63,861 nucleotides of DNA, filler included, from Chiloscyllium plagiosum (GCF_004010195.1; 3 parts of one record of this genome joined end to end with filler, not necessarily neighbours in it); one strand, 5' to 3'; shown: positions 11,569 through 25,552, numbered from the whole stretch's first letter. Notes: a model not told the origin generated them from the sequence alone. A program made the numbers and translations.

Positions 11569-12794
11569 CTTTCAAATAAACCTGTTGGACTATAACCTGA
11601 TGTTGTGTGATTTTTAACTTTGTACAGTTTCCCTCTGATTGTCAGGAGTGTTTGGAATTCTCTCTCCTCGCTCTCCCCTCCCTAGTGAGCAATGGGGTCT
11701 AGATCATTGAATGTACAGAAGTCTGAGAGAGAAAGAGTTTTGATTGATAGGGAGAGAAAGTTTGTGGAAAGCCGAGAGGGAGGTGGAGTTAAGTCAACCT
11801 CAGATCAGCCATAATTTTATAGAATGGCAGAGCAGTGTTGAGCAACTAAATGACCAACGCCTGTCCCTATTATTTATGTTCTTATGTTATGTTGGTTACT
11901 GTAAGTTGGAAATTACAACAGAAAATTCTGAAAACACTTCTGTTAGGTTAAACAATGTAGGGTGGAGAGACCACTGGAGTGAACATTTCATATTGATGGT
12001 CTTTCATTAAGATTGTAGTCATAAAGGGTCACAGATCAAAAAGATTAACTGTGCCCCACTCCCCAGACACAGGCACCTCTTTTCATTTTTTTTTGAGGTG
12101 GGATGTTTATGACTTCCCAAAGTTGTCCACACAAGGAAAACAATATTCCCTTCAGAAGGGGATTGATGAAGAATGAGATCACCATCTACTGGGGAGGTAG
12201 CAACAGTCACAAAGCACACATGACAAGAATCTCCAAAGTGATACATCCAAAGTAAGTAATCTGGCATTGCTTATTCAGATTTATAAATCAGCATTTCACC
12301 AAGGGTTTCAGATCCCAATGTCATTGTCAAATTGGGGTTGTAAACTTTTGGCTTCAAAGTCTACTCATCCAGTCATTGGACAAAAACTTAAAATATTTAT
12401 AATTTCCTGCTAAATTCTGTCAGAGATGTTATTCACTGGGTGATGACAAATTAACCACCCATTTTGAATGCATCATTTGACATATGCTCATCAGCTTTCA
12501 GATTCCTGTGAATTCTCTAACCTGCCTAGAATCCTCTGAGATAGCAGCCCCCACCAAATCTGATCTCTTCACAGCTTTGGTTTTGTTAATTTTGTTATTT
12601 GCTGTGCACTCACATACCAAGACTTGAGCTTTTTAATTCTCCTACTTATTCTTGATGACTCTGCCCCTTTTCCTTTTGCTGTGACGCTGTTTAAAGCACA
12701 AGTCTTTGACCAAGCTTTTGATCATTTGTCTAATACCCCCTTTTCCTTCTTTTCTCAGTTTCATTTTAGTTTCTAATGTTTCTTACCTTTTGGA

Positions 12795-13180
12795 GTCAGC
12801 AGCAGTGATGGAGCGCGGCAGCGGCTGGCAGCAGTGCTGGTCAGCAACAAGGTGGCGGTCAGTGCTGAAACTTTGTGAGGTGTGGCAAAGCCTGGCATTC
12901 TGGGATAGGTCTCAGCCCAGCACCGGGGAGAGCGAGCTCTTCTGGGAAAAGCTCAGCCTGGACCATCTGCAGGTCCATGGCTTAAAGGACTGTAATGTTT
13001 AACTTTCACCTTTATTTCTTTATTCTTCTACTTTTTATGCTAAGAACACCGTCATACTGAACTTTTTAATTTATTTTTTTCTCTCTCTATTTCTGTAACT
13101 AAGACTTTGGTGCTGTGTGCGGTAATCCTGTACCCAGTATTGAGAACACATGACAATAAAACCTACATCTAAATCGAAAT
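12795..13180 (+). mobile_element. Probable non-autonomous retroelement (GC-rich body, T-rich region, AATAAA and short tail)
   Basis: GCAGCGGC-rich 5' part; ends CACATGACAATAAAACCTACATCTAAATCGAAAT. Confidence 0.4.
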
Positions 13181-14351
13181 GGAAAAGTCTTATGTAGCTC
13201 AGTGTCCAGCTCCATGAATTAATACTCACGTTAATTCATGGAACTTGAAATGTTTTACCACATTAACCATACGGTATAAATACAGATTAATTACTGTAAT
13301 TATTGCAGTTTTGAATTTGATTTTGTTTATCTCAATCAAATCTCCTCTCCAAGGCAAAGAAGACCCACTTCTTCCATCTCTCTTTGTAAATGAAGTTCCT
13401 CATCTCTCCACAAAACCTCGAGACAATTTGGAAAGACTATTCTCCACGCTTTGGAACTTTGGGCTGTCTGATATGTTTCATAGTGAACCCAGCATGCTTT
13501 GGCTGTCTGGTCTGTATTTGAGTGATAACCCTCCACTTCCAGGGAAACAAGATTGTATACGAGAAGCATTAAAATATATTCTTTTTGCAGATTTTCATGT
13601 CTATTTTGGTGTTTCATATTAGCTTTGTGTCAGTATTCTGCCCCAGTTCAACATTCTGCAAACATAGCCCTAACACTTATGTAAGTTTCCATGGGAATGT
13701 TTCAATAAAATGATTTCACTTTTCAGGTATGTAACTATTGTGTTAATCAAAGGTTAACCATAATTATCAACTCACACCATTGGCAGTGGTCAATGAAGTA
13801 CAGCAGATCATAGAAATGATCAGAATTAGCATGCAATATAGATTGTGTGTTTCCTATATTGATAGTAACAGGAATGAGCATTCCTGATCTCATCCTTATC
13901 TACCCATTTTCAGGTGCAATTAAATTCCAAACCATAGAATTGACCATGAAAATTACTTGTTTAACAGGAGGAGGCAATAATCTGAAAAAAGGCATCATTG
14001 AGTCATAAAGACGCAACAATGAACAACCTCCAACGTTATTTGTGTTACATTTGTACACATTAAACTCTGACCATACAGTGGGGTGGTCTATCAATAAAAG
14101 ATGCTCAATGGACTGCTCATGGATTCACTTCTATCCTTTTGAATACCTTATATTTATAAAGATTTAGCATTGCTCAATCATTTAATACAGTTACAATGTT
14201 AAAAAACATTGGATGCATTAAAAGGATTTGTTGTAATCATGTTATTTAATTAAATTCTGTAGCAGAACTGTCCTCCTTATAACCATTTGGCCACAGAGAT
14301 TTGACCTTTAGCCTAAAATATACGTTGTATAGTGAGTCTGAATTCAGAGGC

Positions 14352-14452
14352 TCAGCATCCCAACCATTTGTTAGAATTTAACGTACGAACAATTTCTCTT
14401 CTCCAGCTGTCATATTCATACAGGCGTGGCCCACTGAAGAAGTAAAGGAATC
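14352..14452 (-). CDS. Matrix metalloproteinase, last coding exon (exon 10; hemopexin C-terminus)
   Basis: tttcctag|(G)FLYFFSGPRLYEYDSWRREIVRTLNSNKWLGC*; terminal WLGC typical of cluster MMPs; phase matches previous exon. Confidence 0.93.
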
Positions 14453-14690
14453 CTAGGAAAAATAATCAGAAAAATACCACTGTATTCAATTTGCTTAAAA
14501 AACAGAATTGGCCCAATAATCTTATCTGCAGTAATCTTTGTGTTTCATCAGCAATTATAAAGGATATCATTCCAATTATTGTACTAATTCTCCTGAAGTC
14601 TGTTATCCAGCTGAATTTAAATGGACAATGACAGTAAAACTCTTATCCATTTGAAGTTTTAAGAAACTTTTGTCACAATGATACACTTAC

Positions 14691-14794
14691 CATTATTCTG
14701 TAAGGCAGCATCTATGTTGTCATCGATTCCTGGCCAGCTGCTATTTATCTGTTTTGGATAGCCATAGTCCATAGACTTTATTTTATCATTATAA
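14691..14794 (-). CDS. Matrix metalloproteinase exon 9 (hemopexin)
   Basis: ttcag|(S)YNDKIKSMDYGYPKQINSSWPGIDDNIDAALQNN(G)|gtaagt; 104 nt. Confidence 0.93.
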
Positions 14795-16130
14795 CTGAAC
14801 AGCCGAAAATAAAACAACTTTAGTTAATACAACTTTAGTAATGTGTAAGATTACTAAATAAGTGAACAATTTTACACATTACCTATAACTTGGAAACTTG
14901 TGCTCCAGTATGTTCAAGTACTAAAACCTATTTAAATTGTGATAAGTCTTTACTGGCATTGAATTTCATTTGTTTTGTATACTTTATTGAAACAACGTGG
15001 AACTTAAATTTAAACCACACTCACTCAAATTTAAATTTCAGTTATTATAACAGTGTGACTCAGATTTATCTTCCTCACACCACCTCCTGATAGCCATTGT
15101 TGAAATACAATGGTCAGTGAGTTGGCTCGACAGTACTGTATAAAATCCTCCTGTCTTTCAGCACAGCCTTCCACTGGGGTGACTGAACCTATCTTTGGTT
15201 TTTTTATAATATTACTAACTGCCAAATATGACAGCTAGAGTTTTTCCCTGTTTCATGTTCCCTGCCTCAACTTCAATAGAGTGAAATTCCCAGCTTTCAC
15301 AAGGCTGTATCCCTGACTCTGATGTTGATGGAATAATGACTGAAAGTATCTTTTGGATTCTTGATCTTCAGGGAGTTGGCTGGGTATGTATTCAGTGAAC
15401 TGTCCTGTGATATTATTTGTTCAACTTTGCTCATGTGTATGTAATTTCAAAACATGAATTCACAATGGTATTCCACTGGCTTATAATAGCAGAATAAATT
15501 TGGTCAATCCCCAATATCGAATGCAGCCATTTCAACGTATAATCATTTACCATTATTTCAGTTTCTTTTTTCTATAGTTTGGTTTCACCCTGATTTTTGC
15601 TTTCAGCCAGATGCCATCCCAGATTTCTGACAGGCCAGATGATCATTCCTACAACATGTACACAATGACCCTCTGAAACCACCAATATAGCACTTGGGAG
15701 AGAGGGGGAGAATTGCAAGACACATCAGTAAGTCACTTTGGGGTATTAATGAAATGAAAATAGATGGAAACTTCCCATTTGTTATTGAGATACTGACCTT
15801 GTCATTGAAAACTTAAGGGAAAATTGGACTTGTATCCTAACAGCAAAAAATCAAATTTCCTTTTCATTCTCACCATGTGCAGTTCAGGAGGATCTGAGAG
15901 TTGATAACTGAGTCAGCAATGAGCCAGGCATATTCACAGCAGTAAGGATTACATCAGACGAAACAAGTGAAAGGCTATCCCAGGATAAGTGTTGGTAAGA
16001 GTTGGGGTTTCAAGGGAAGATTGTCATGGTCCCTCTACAACTCTCCTTTCACAATTTAGAAAAACGCCATCTTTCTAACAGCAGCTTCAGGTCTGGGTTC
16101 TTCAGGAAGCTGGAACTGACTATAACGCCA

Positions 16131-18077
16131 CAGTGTAGAGTAATCGAGGGTTGATCTGCCAGCGCAGAGTAATCAAGGACGGATCTGGCAGTGCAGAGTA
16201 ATGTGGGACAGATTTGGCAGTGCAGAGTAATCGTGGATTGATCGGGCAGTGCAGAGTAATCGGGGACTGATCTGGCAGTGCAGAGTAATCGGGGACTGAT
16301 CTGGCAGTGGCTGGAACTGACTATAACGCCACAGGTCCCTGGCAGTGCAGAGTAATCAGGGTCTGTTCTTGCAGTGCAGAGTAATGAGGGATTGATCTGG
16401 CAGTGCAGAGTAATCAGGGTCGGTTCTTGCAGTGCAGAGTAATGAGGGACTGATCTGGCAGTGCAGAATAATTGGGGACTGATCTGGCAGTGCAGAGTAA
16501 TCGGGGACGGATCTGGCAGTGCAGAGTAATCAGGGACGGATCTGGCAGTGCAGAGTAATCGCGGACTGATCTGGCAGTGTAGAGTAATCGAGGGTTGATC
16601 TGCCAGCGCAGAGTAATCAAGGACGGATCTGGCAGTGCAGAGTAATGAGGGACAGATTTGGCAGTGCAGAGTAATCGGGGACTGATTTGGCAGTGCAGAG
16701 TTATCAGGGACTGATTTGGAAGAGCAGAGTAATCGGGGACTGACCTGACAGTGCAGAGTAATCGGGGTCTCATCTGGCAGTGCAGAGTGATCTGGTTCTG
16801 ACCTGGCAGTGCAGAGCAATCAGGGACTGATCTGAAGTGCAGAGTAATTGTGCACTGATCTGGCAGTGCAGAGTAATCAGGGACTGATCTGACAGTGCAG
16901 AGTAATCAGGGGCTGATCTGGCTGTGCAGAGTAATCAGGGGCTGATCTCTGACAGTGCAGAGTAATCAGGGGCTGATCTGACAGTGCAAGGTAATCATGA
17001 GCTGATCTGACAGTGCAAGGTAATCAGGGTTTGTTCTGACAGTGTAAAGTAATCGGAGACTGATCCGACAGTGCAGAGTAATCGGGGACTGATCTTCAGT
17101 GCAGAGTAATCTGGGGCTGACCTGGCAGTGCAGAGTAATCAGGGGCTGATCTGACAGTGCAGAGTAATCAGGGGTTGATCTGACAGTGCAGAGTAATCAG
17201 GGGCTGATCTGACAGTGCAGAGTAATCAGGGGCTGATATCTGACAGTGCAGAGTAATCAGGGGCTGATCTGACAGTGCAGGGTAATCATGAGCTGATCTG
17301 ACAGTGCAGGGTAATCGGGGATTGACCTGGCAGTGCAGAGTAATGAGAGGCTGATCTGGCAGTGCAGAGTAATCAGGGACGGATCTGGCAGTGCAGAGTA
17401 ATCGAGGGTTGATCTGCCAGTGCAGAGTAATCAAGGACGGATCTGGCAGTGCAGAGTAATGAGGGACAGATTTGGCAGTGCAGAGTAATCATGGATTGAT
17501 CTGACAGTGCAGAGTAATCTGGAACTGATCCGGCAGTGCAGAGTAATCTGGGGCTGAACTGGCANNNNNNNNNNNNNNNNNNNNNNNNNNNNNNNNNNNN
17601 NNNNNNNNNNNNNNNNNNNNNNNNNTCCGGCCGTGCAGAGGAATCAGAGACTGATCTGACAGTGCGGAGTAATCGGGGACTGATCTGGCAGTGCAGAGTA
17701 ATCGGGGACAGATCTGGCAGTGCAGAGTAATCGGGGACTGATCTGGCAGTGTAGAGTAATCGAGGGTTGATCTGCCAGCGCAGAGTAATCAAGGACGGAT
17801 CTGGCAGTGCAGAGTAATGAGGGACAGATTTGGCAGTGCAGAGTAATCGTGGATTGATCGGGCAGTGCAGAGTAATCGGGGGCTGATCTGTCAGTGCAGA
17901 CTAATGAGGGACTGATCTGTCAGTGCAGAGTAATCAGGGACTGATCTGGCAGTGCGGAGTAATCGGGGACTGATCTGGCAGTGCAGAGTAATCGGGGACT
18001 GATCTGGCAGTGCAGAGTAATCGGGGACTGATCTGCCAGCGCAGAGTAATCAAGGACGGATCTGGCAGTGCAGAGTA
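16131..18077. repeat. 29-bp minisatellite (GCAGTGCAGAGTAATCGGGGACTGATCTG), ~60+ copies, in MMP intron 8
   Basis: Mostly 29-bp period; interrupted by N 17565-17625 and ends in N 18078-18577. Confidence 0.95.
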
Positions 18078-18621
18078 NNNNNNNNNNNNNNNNNNNNNNN
18101 NNNNNNNNNNNNNNNNNNNNNNNNNNNNNNNNNNNNNNNNNNNNNNNNNNNNNNNNNNNNNNNNNNNNNNNNNNNNNNNNNNNNNNNNNNNNNNNNNNNN
18201 NNNNNNNNNNNNNNNNNNNNNNNNNNNNNNNNNNNNNNNNNNNNNNNNNNNNNNNNNNNNNNNNNNNNNNNNNNNNNNNNNNNNNNNNNNNNNNNNNNNN
18301 NNNNNNNNNNNNNNNNNNNNNNNNNNNNNNNNNNNNNNNNNNNNNNNNNNNNNNNNNNNNNNNNNNNNNNNNNNNNNNNNNNNNNNNNNNNNNNNNNNNN
18401 NNNNNNNNNNNNNNNNNNNNNNNNNNNNNNNNNNNNNNNNNNNNNNNNNNNNNNNNNNNNNNNNNNNNNNNNNNNNNNNNNNNNNNNNNNNNNNNNNNNN
18501 NNNNNNNNNNNNNNNNNNNNNNNNNNNNNNNNNNNNNNNNNNNNNNNNNNNNNNNNNNNNNNNNNNNNNNNNNNNNNTTAAAGGCTGGACAGCAAAAACA
18601 ATAACAGTCAATAATACTTAC

Positions 18622-18781
18622 CTCCAGTACATCGTCCCCACAAAGAATATTAGCTTTTTTGTCTGTTGAATAAATACTACTGCATCGATTTGCTTCACAT
18701 ATGCTGGAAATCCAAAGAGGGAGATAGATTTAGAGGAGTTTTGACTACGTCCAAAATGGCTGTAAGTCCAAAATTTTGATC
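18622..18781 (-). CDS. Matrix metalloproteinase exon 8 (hemopexin)
   Basis: tttgcag|(G)SKFWTYSHFGRSQNSSKSISLFGFPAYVKQIDAVVFIQQTKKLIFFVGTMYW(S)|gtaagt; 160 nt. Confidence 0.92.
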
Positions 18782-19231
18782 CTGCAAATGAAAGAAGTGT
18801 TTAATTATAAATCCCATTCAAGGGCAACCAGGAGTGTACCACAGGTCAGCAATCAGCTCACATCTGTTTGATATCCATGCTGGAGTTATGTTGCAGTCTT
18901 AATTGTATTTATTTTTGATTTTGAAATTTGTTGGATGAACCACAATGGTCTTTGCCTCTGCTTCCGTATAAAGTTAAAACATTAGGCAGTTAAATACAAA
19001 TTCAACTAATTTATTTTAATCTTACTAGTTTCAATCTAATGTCAGGGTTAGAGTGGTGCTGGAAAAGCACAGCAGATCAGGCAGCATTCGAGAAGCAGGA
19101 AAATCAACGTTTCGTGCAAAAGCCCTTCAAAACCTTCCTCAATCTAGTCCCAGTCTTGCTCTGTGTTAGCTGTATTCATATCGTTTCAATTAATCTCTAC
19201 TTTGGAAGCAATGTAGAATAAATTGAGTTAC

Positions 19232-19365
19232 CTTTGAAAAAATAAATAATATCGTCCTCAGGAATTTCACAAGCAGCGTCGATGCTCGATGGGAGACCAT
19301 GCCAGATATCTTGGATAGTGATGAACTTGGCATCAGCTACTTTTGGTTCTGTTCGCCAGAAGTAT
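19232..19365 (-). CDS. Matrix metalloproteinase exon 7 (hemopexin)
   Basis: ggttag|(K)YFWRTEPKVADAKFITIQDIWHGLPSSIDAACEIPEDDIIYFFK(G)|gtaact; 134 nt. Confidence 0.93.
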
Positions 19366-19477
19366 CTAACCAACACATCAAACCACATGCACCATTAACC
19401 AAACTGCTTATGAATCAAGGAGCAATGTCAATATCCATATTATACAAAAGATGGGCATATAAATTATAAACTTTTAC

Positions 19478-19598
19478 TTATTTTTGAAGAGCAATATTTC
19501 ACCATGTGCACTGGTGGCAGCATCAAATGATGTGGAGGAATCACATTTATCTGTTATTAGTGGTTCTGCAGATTGTTGACGATACATTCGTATGAATC
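19478..19598 (-). CDS. Matrix metalloproteinase exon 6 (hinge and start of hemopexin)
   Basis: tgtttag|(G)FIRMYRQQSAEPLITDKCDSSTSFDAATSAHGEILLFKN(K)|gtaaaa; 121 nt. Confidence 0.9.
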
Positions 19599-21419
19599 CT
19601 AAACAGAGAAAGAAGTATTTATTGCAAAAGAAAAGATTAAAGTTACTATTGAATAATATTGTAAAACTATTGAAAATAGACATGGATTTCACTTATTCCC
19701 TCATTGTCGCGATTAGTGAAAGAGTTTGTGAATTTGGACTGGGCAGGAAATGGAGATGTGAGGTTGCTGGAAAACTGAGGGGATCTCAGGATGTCATCCC
19801 TAGTGTTATGCACCTGCCACAAGCACAAGTGTAATAAAATATTTTGTAAGGCATATTTGGTTGTTTTTGTTAATTGATTAAAAATGACCTTTAATTTGGG
19901 ATTTCAGTAGCCTGTTAAGTAATGTTTAGTCTATGTCCCTTTCAGTTTGCTAGTTATATAAAAGTTCAAAAATCTGAAATGTTGTCTTTTGGCTATTTCC
20001 ATCAAATGTTGGTGATACACCTCTTTTTATGACCTAGTAGCCTCTAGTGCAATCTTAACACTTGGCTCCAGATTGAAGCTGATACAAGGAATGAGAAGGT
20101 CTGTGCTATTGAGAATGCCACCTCATTATAAGCAGCTTGTTCAGTTCAGTTCAATTATCAGCTAGTGCCCTGGAATCCCACACTGGGGCTCTGAGTAGTC
20201 TTGATTCCCCCAGGGCTACTCTGGGACTTGTCCTTCTGGGATAACAGATTCCTTTAAGATAAAGGCATTGTTGAAAAATTGAGAAAAAAAATGAGCATTG
20301 TTTTCCATCTCAGGTGCTGCTGGAACTAAATAGCTGGGTGTCAAGATTTATAATCCCTTTCTATTCAAATGGGCAGTGATACTTTTCAGCAAAGTTTGTA
20401 ATTCCACACGGACGCGCCTTTCTTCTTTGGTCTTTCATCCCTGGTCTTTCAGGATTCCAAGGTTTCTAAAACAAAATGTCACAACGTATTCGTCATGCTG
20501 CTAAATGTTCGTGAGCAGGAGGTGAAATCTCTTGTTCAAACAACAACGAATCGGAAAGTTCTTTTATGGATTGATGAACATCTGATTGATTCTGATGCGG
20601 ATGCTTTCAAAACAACTGGAAATCGTTGATGTTCAAATTTGGCAGCCATTGACAGTGCATTGTCTGTGATAAAATTAAGCGGCAGGTCTAATGGGGGACT
20701 GTGTGACATCACTGCATCATGACGCTCCTTAAAAACCACGGTTTCCGAAAGCACCTTTCCTTTAAGTGTGGACTCTGTTTGTTTTTGCTGTAACTGGTTG
20801 TATCTATTTGTTTCTCTTTGTATTTTTTGATTTATTTATTTTTCTTTGTATGTGTTTGTTTCTGTTGTGACCAATTTAGGAAAAAATGAGCTAACACCCC
20901 TCCATAGACATTAAAATCCCTCACTTCAAAAAGCAGTGACACAAAATATTCCCAACAGGAATTAGCCATATTAAGGGAACCAAGGGACTATTGTATTCAG
21001 AATGAAAAAGCAAGGGAAACAATTGAGATTTAACCACAAACATTGACAATACTCTCTCCGAACCTCTTTAAGCTCACACTTGTATACAACACTTGTATAC
21101 AACACACCATCTGGAAACCATGAACATTCAATTTAAATGAATGAGTGATGATAACAGTGAAAAATCAAGCAAAATATGACATAAAATAAGAGTGTATGAT
21201 GTTGATATGTTATTTTTAGATCAAGTCCTTAAATCTGTTTTCCAACCAAGAAACATAATCTACATGCATTTTGGAACCATGCAAATTAAGTTTGTAACAT
21301 TGGAGAAGATGAAAATATCATTAGAGACCATTTTAAAATGATAACCATTCAGCTTTACTGAGTCAGTATCCAAATGTTAGGAAGCAGACAGGGGAACATC
21401 TTTTGTTTTCTAATAGTCA

Positions 21420-21650
<231 letters not shown>

Positions 21651-21939
21651 TTAAAGGAAATAATTTCATTAGAAACAAACTCACAATGAGTGACATGCAA
21701 TGAATGGTAATACATCGACAGCTTGAGATTTCCACATCTCTTTCTGTCTACTTTATTTTGTCTGTTATAAACAGCACCTCCTGCAACAAGGATTCCTAAG
21801 TAACTTTGTGGCATAAAACTGACATATTAATATTTCAGAATTAACAGGCATTTTTCTCCCAATGAGGTCAAGCCCAGTTAACAATGTTTCAAATTAGAAT
21901 ATAAATTAGTTTTCCTTTAACTTTGGAAAGTCTTGATGT

Positions 21940-23130
21940 CAGGGATGGTTAGCATGGCTTTGTTAATGGAAGGTCAAACCTTACAAACTTGATTGAATTC
22001 GTTGAAAGGGGGATTGACAAGAGGGATCGATGATGGCAGTGTAGTGGATGCTGTCTTTTAGTAAGGGACAGTCCCACATGGCAGACTGCTCAATAAAGTC
22101 AAAGCTCATGGCATCCAGGGCAATGTGTCCAACTGGATCCCGAGTGACTCAGCTACAGGAATAAAGGGTAGTGATCGATGGCTGCTGTTGCGAATAGAAA
22201 GCTGTTTTAAGTGATGTTCCACAGGGCTCAGTGTTGGGATCCCTACTATCTGTTTTATACATCAATGATTTGGACCTGAACATGAACATAAAAACTGGCT
22301 GCGTAGTGTATGGCAGAGCTGTAAGCTCCACCATGATATAGATGGGTTGGAGTGGGTAGGATAGTGGTAGATGGAGTTCAACTCTGATAAGTGTGAGGTC
22401 ATGCACTCAGGGAGGTCAAACAGTGAAAGGGAATAAACAATAAATGGGCATAAACCGAGAGGGGGAGATGAAGTGAGAGATCTTGGTGTGCATGTAGAGA
22501 GGTCCCTGAAAGCAGTAATACGGCTGGATAAGGTTTTACAGAAGGCATTTGGAAAGCTGTCTTTCATTAACAGAGGTATACAATACGAAAGAAAGGACCT
22601 AATGATGAAACTGTATAAGACACTGGTGAGGCCACAACTGGAGGATTGTATGCGGGGCTGGTCACCACATTACGGGAAAGATGGAATTGCTTTGGAGAGA
22701 GAGTGGAGAGGATTTACCAGAATGTTGCCAGGGCTGGCAAATTGTAGTTATGAGGAGAGATTGGAGAGGTTGGGGTTGTATTCCATGGAACAGAGAAGGC
22801 TGAGAGGTGACATGATTGAGGGATACAAAACTGTGGGGGGGCAGAGACAGACAGGAGGAACCTGTTTCCTTTGGCAGAGAAATCAAAAACCAGGGGCCGG
22901 AGCTTCAAGCTAAGTGGCAGAAGGATTAGTGAGGAAAAAGATTTTACATGGACGGTGTCTGGAATTCACTGCCTGAGTTGGTGGTGGAGACAGAGATCCA
23001 TGCACCTTCAGAGCTGTAAGCTGCAGGCCCATGAGTCCTGTGCAGGAAGAAGGGATCAGAAAGGGTTTCTGAGTGCCCTCGGGTCGGCATGTACAAGATG
23101 GGCCAATAGCCCTATTCCATGCTGGATCAT
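21940..23130 (+). mobile_element. CR1/HER1-type LINE ORF2 (RT and 3' tail), degenerate, in MMP intron 4
   Basis: VPQGSVLG-like motif ~22215; RDLGVHVERSLK...MKLYKTLVRPQLE. Confidence 0.9.
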
Positions 23131-23332
23131 TTCCACGGGTTGATGGTTCTAACTGTAGAACTTTGCCCTTTGGAGAACTACAGATTAAAGGAGGTTGGGA
23201 ATTCAGATTATTTCTAGCACTTCCAGAAAATAAACTATCTACTTCGGTGGACAAGGGGTCAATGCATTGGATTAACAGAATCAATTGGATGTTCCTGTAT
23301 GTTTAACCCTCACTATAAACCCTAGATTTTCA

Positions 23333-23518
<186 letters not shown>

Positions 23519-23874
23519 TCAGAAACAGAACCACAGTCCGAATGGTTTATTGTTGCATTGAGTTCATTGTACTTGATAATGCATGGTGGTAATATATAAC
23601 AGTGGACTGAACAGGACCAACACACTCAGGAATAACCATAATCAACAAAACAGAAACTGCTAGTAAAGCTTAGCAGGTCTGGCAGCATCTGTGGGAAGAA
23701 ATCAGAATTAACATTGCAGGTCTGGTGACTTTGTTAGTAACAATATTACCTGACAACATATTTAATGCAATGAAACATTAACAAATAACCCTTCAGCCAA
23801 GTCTGCAGACCCCAAGAACAGTATGAAGTGAAAGAATACCCCTGTCATATAAGGAACTATTAGGGCAAATGATC

Positions 23875-24721
23875 ATTATATAAATGATTTGGATGTGAGC
23901 ATAAGAGGTACAGTTAGTAAGTTTGCAGATGACACCAAAATTGGAGGTGTAGTGGACAGCGAAGGTGGTTACCTCAGATTACAATGGGATCTTGATCAGA
24001 TGGGCCAATGGGCTGAGGAGTGGCAGATGGAGTTTAATTCAGATAAATGCGATAAGTGCTGCATTTTGGGAAAGCAAATCTTAGCAGGACTTATACACTT
24101 AATGGTAAGGTCCTAGGGAGTGTTGCTGAACAAAGAGACCTTGGAGTGCAGGTTCATAGCTCCTTGAAAGTGAAGTCGCAAGGTAGATAGGATAGTGAAG
24201 GCGGCATTTGGTATGCTTTCCTTTATTGGTCAGAGTATTGAGTACAGGAGTTGGGAGGTCATGTTGCGGCTGGACAGCAAGTTGGTTAGGCCACTGTTGG
24301 AATATTGTGTGCAATTCAGGTCTCCTTCCTATTGGAAAGATGTTGTGAAACTTGAAAGGGTTCAGAAAAGATTTACAAGGATGTTGCAGGGTTGGAGGAT
24401 CTGAGCTACAGGGAGAGGCTGAACAGGCTGGGGCTGTTTTTCCCTGAGAAAAGATTTACAAGGATGTTGCCAGGGTTGGAGAGTTTGAGCTACAGGGAGA
24501 GGCTGAACAGGCTGGGGCTGTTTTTCCCTGGAACTGAGGGGTGACCATATTGAGGTTTATAAAATCATGAGGGGCATGGATAGGATAAATGGACAAGGGC
24601 TTTTCCCTGGGGTGGGGGAGTCCAGAATTAGAGGGAATAGGTTTAGGATGAGAGGGAAAAGATATAAAAGGGACCTAAGGGGCAACTTTTTCATGCAGAG
24701 GGTGGTACGTGTATGGAATGA
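23875..24721 (+). mobile_element. CR1/HER1-type LINE RT fragment with an internal ~82-bp tandem duplication (~24365-24530)
   Basis: SKFADDTKIGG...WQMEFN; LVRPLLEYCVQF. Confidence 0.92.
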
Positions 24722-24920
24722 GCACACTATGGACAATTTAGCATGGCCAATTCACCTGACCTGCACATCTTTGGACTGTGGGGGGAAACTGGAGGAAACC
24801 CACGCAGACATGGGGAGAATGTGCAAACTCCACACAGTCAGTCGCCTGAGACAGGAATTGAACCCGGTTCCCTGGTGCTGTGAGGCAGCAGTGCTAACCA
24901 CTGTGCCACTGTGCTACCCA
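24722..24920 (-). mobile_element. HE1-like tRNA-derived SINE
   Basis: Minus strand GGCACAGTGGTTAGCACTGCTGCCTCACAGCACCAGGGAACCGGGTTCAATTCC (pol III A/B boxes). Confidence 0.85.
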
Positions 24921-25552
24921 CAGATGAAATTGTTCGGTCTGAAGAAGAATCTCAAACACAAGGCTGAGATATTTAGGGCAGGAATTCCTTGACTAAGGTG
25001 GAGTGATTAAAATTGAGGATGCTCAATAGTTAGAATAAGGGGGGTTCCGGTATATCAGAAGGTTGTGAGGATGCAGGGGAATAGAGAGAGAGGGAGCAGC
25101 AAGACCATGGAAGTTTTGAAAGCAAAGATGAGAATTTTCAAATCAATATTTTGTTTAATTATTCGTCTGTATAAGTCAGTGACCAGAGGATTGACAGTGA
25201 CTGTCTGAAAGTTAGGACTATTCCAACGGGGATTCGATAAGTTCAGATTTACCAAGAATGAGGAAGCAGTCCGTCAGAGTAAATTAGTCTGGACATAATA
25301 AAGATATGGATGAAAGTTCCATCAGACAGGGCTGAAATCAGATATTGTCGAGGAAGGGGAAATCCACCCATCATGTTGGTGGGACTGGTCTGTGGTCAGA
25401 AACCTATCAGATGGTAGACAGTGACACGTGTTGTTGCACCTGGTTTGTCATTGTTGGACCGGGCTGATTGGAATGAGGTATAGGGCTTGATCTCTTAGAG
25501 CTTACCCAACCAGTGCTACCTGTGGGCTGAGTGGGGCTACACCTTGTCTTGC

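Noticed and set aside
16129..16135. CACAGTG recombination signal heptamer
   Set aside because: No nonamer at 12- or 23-bp spacing and no antigen receptor segments
16049..18077. Long Cys/His-containing ORFs (ITLHCQISPRLLCTARSVPDYSALPD repeats)
   Set aside because: Translation of a 29-bp tandem repeat cycling through three frames inside an intron
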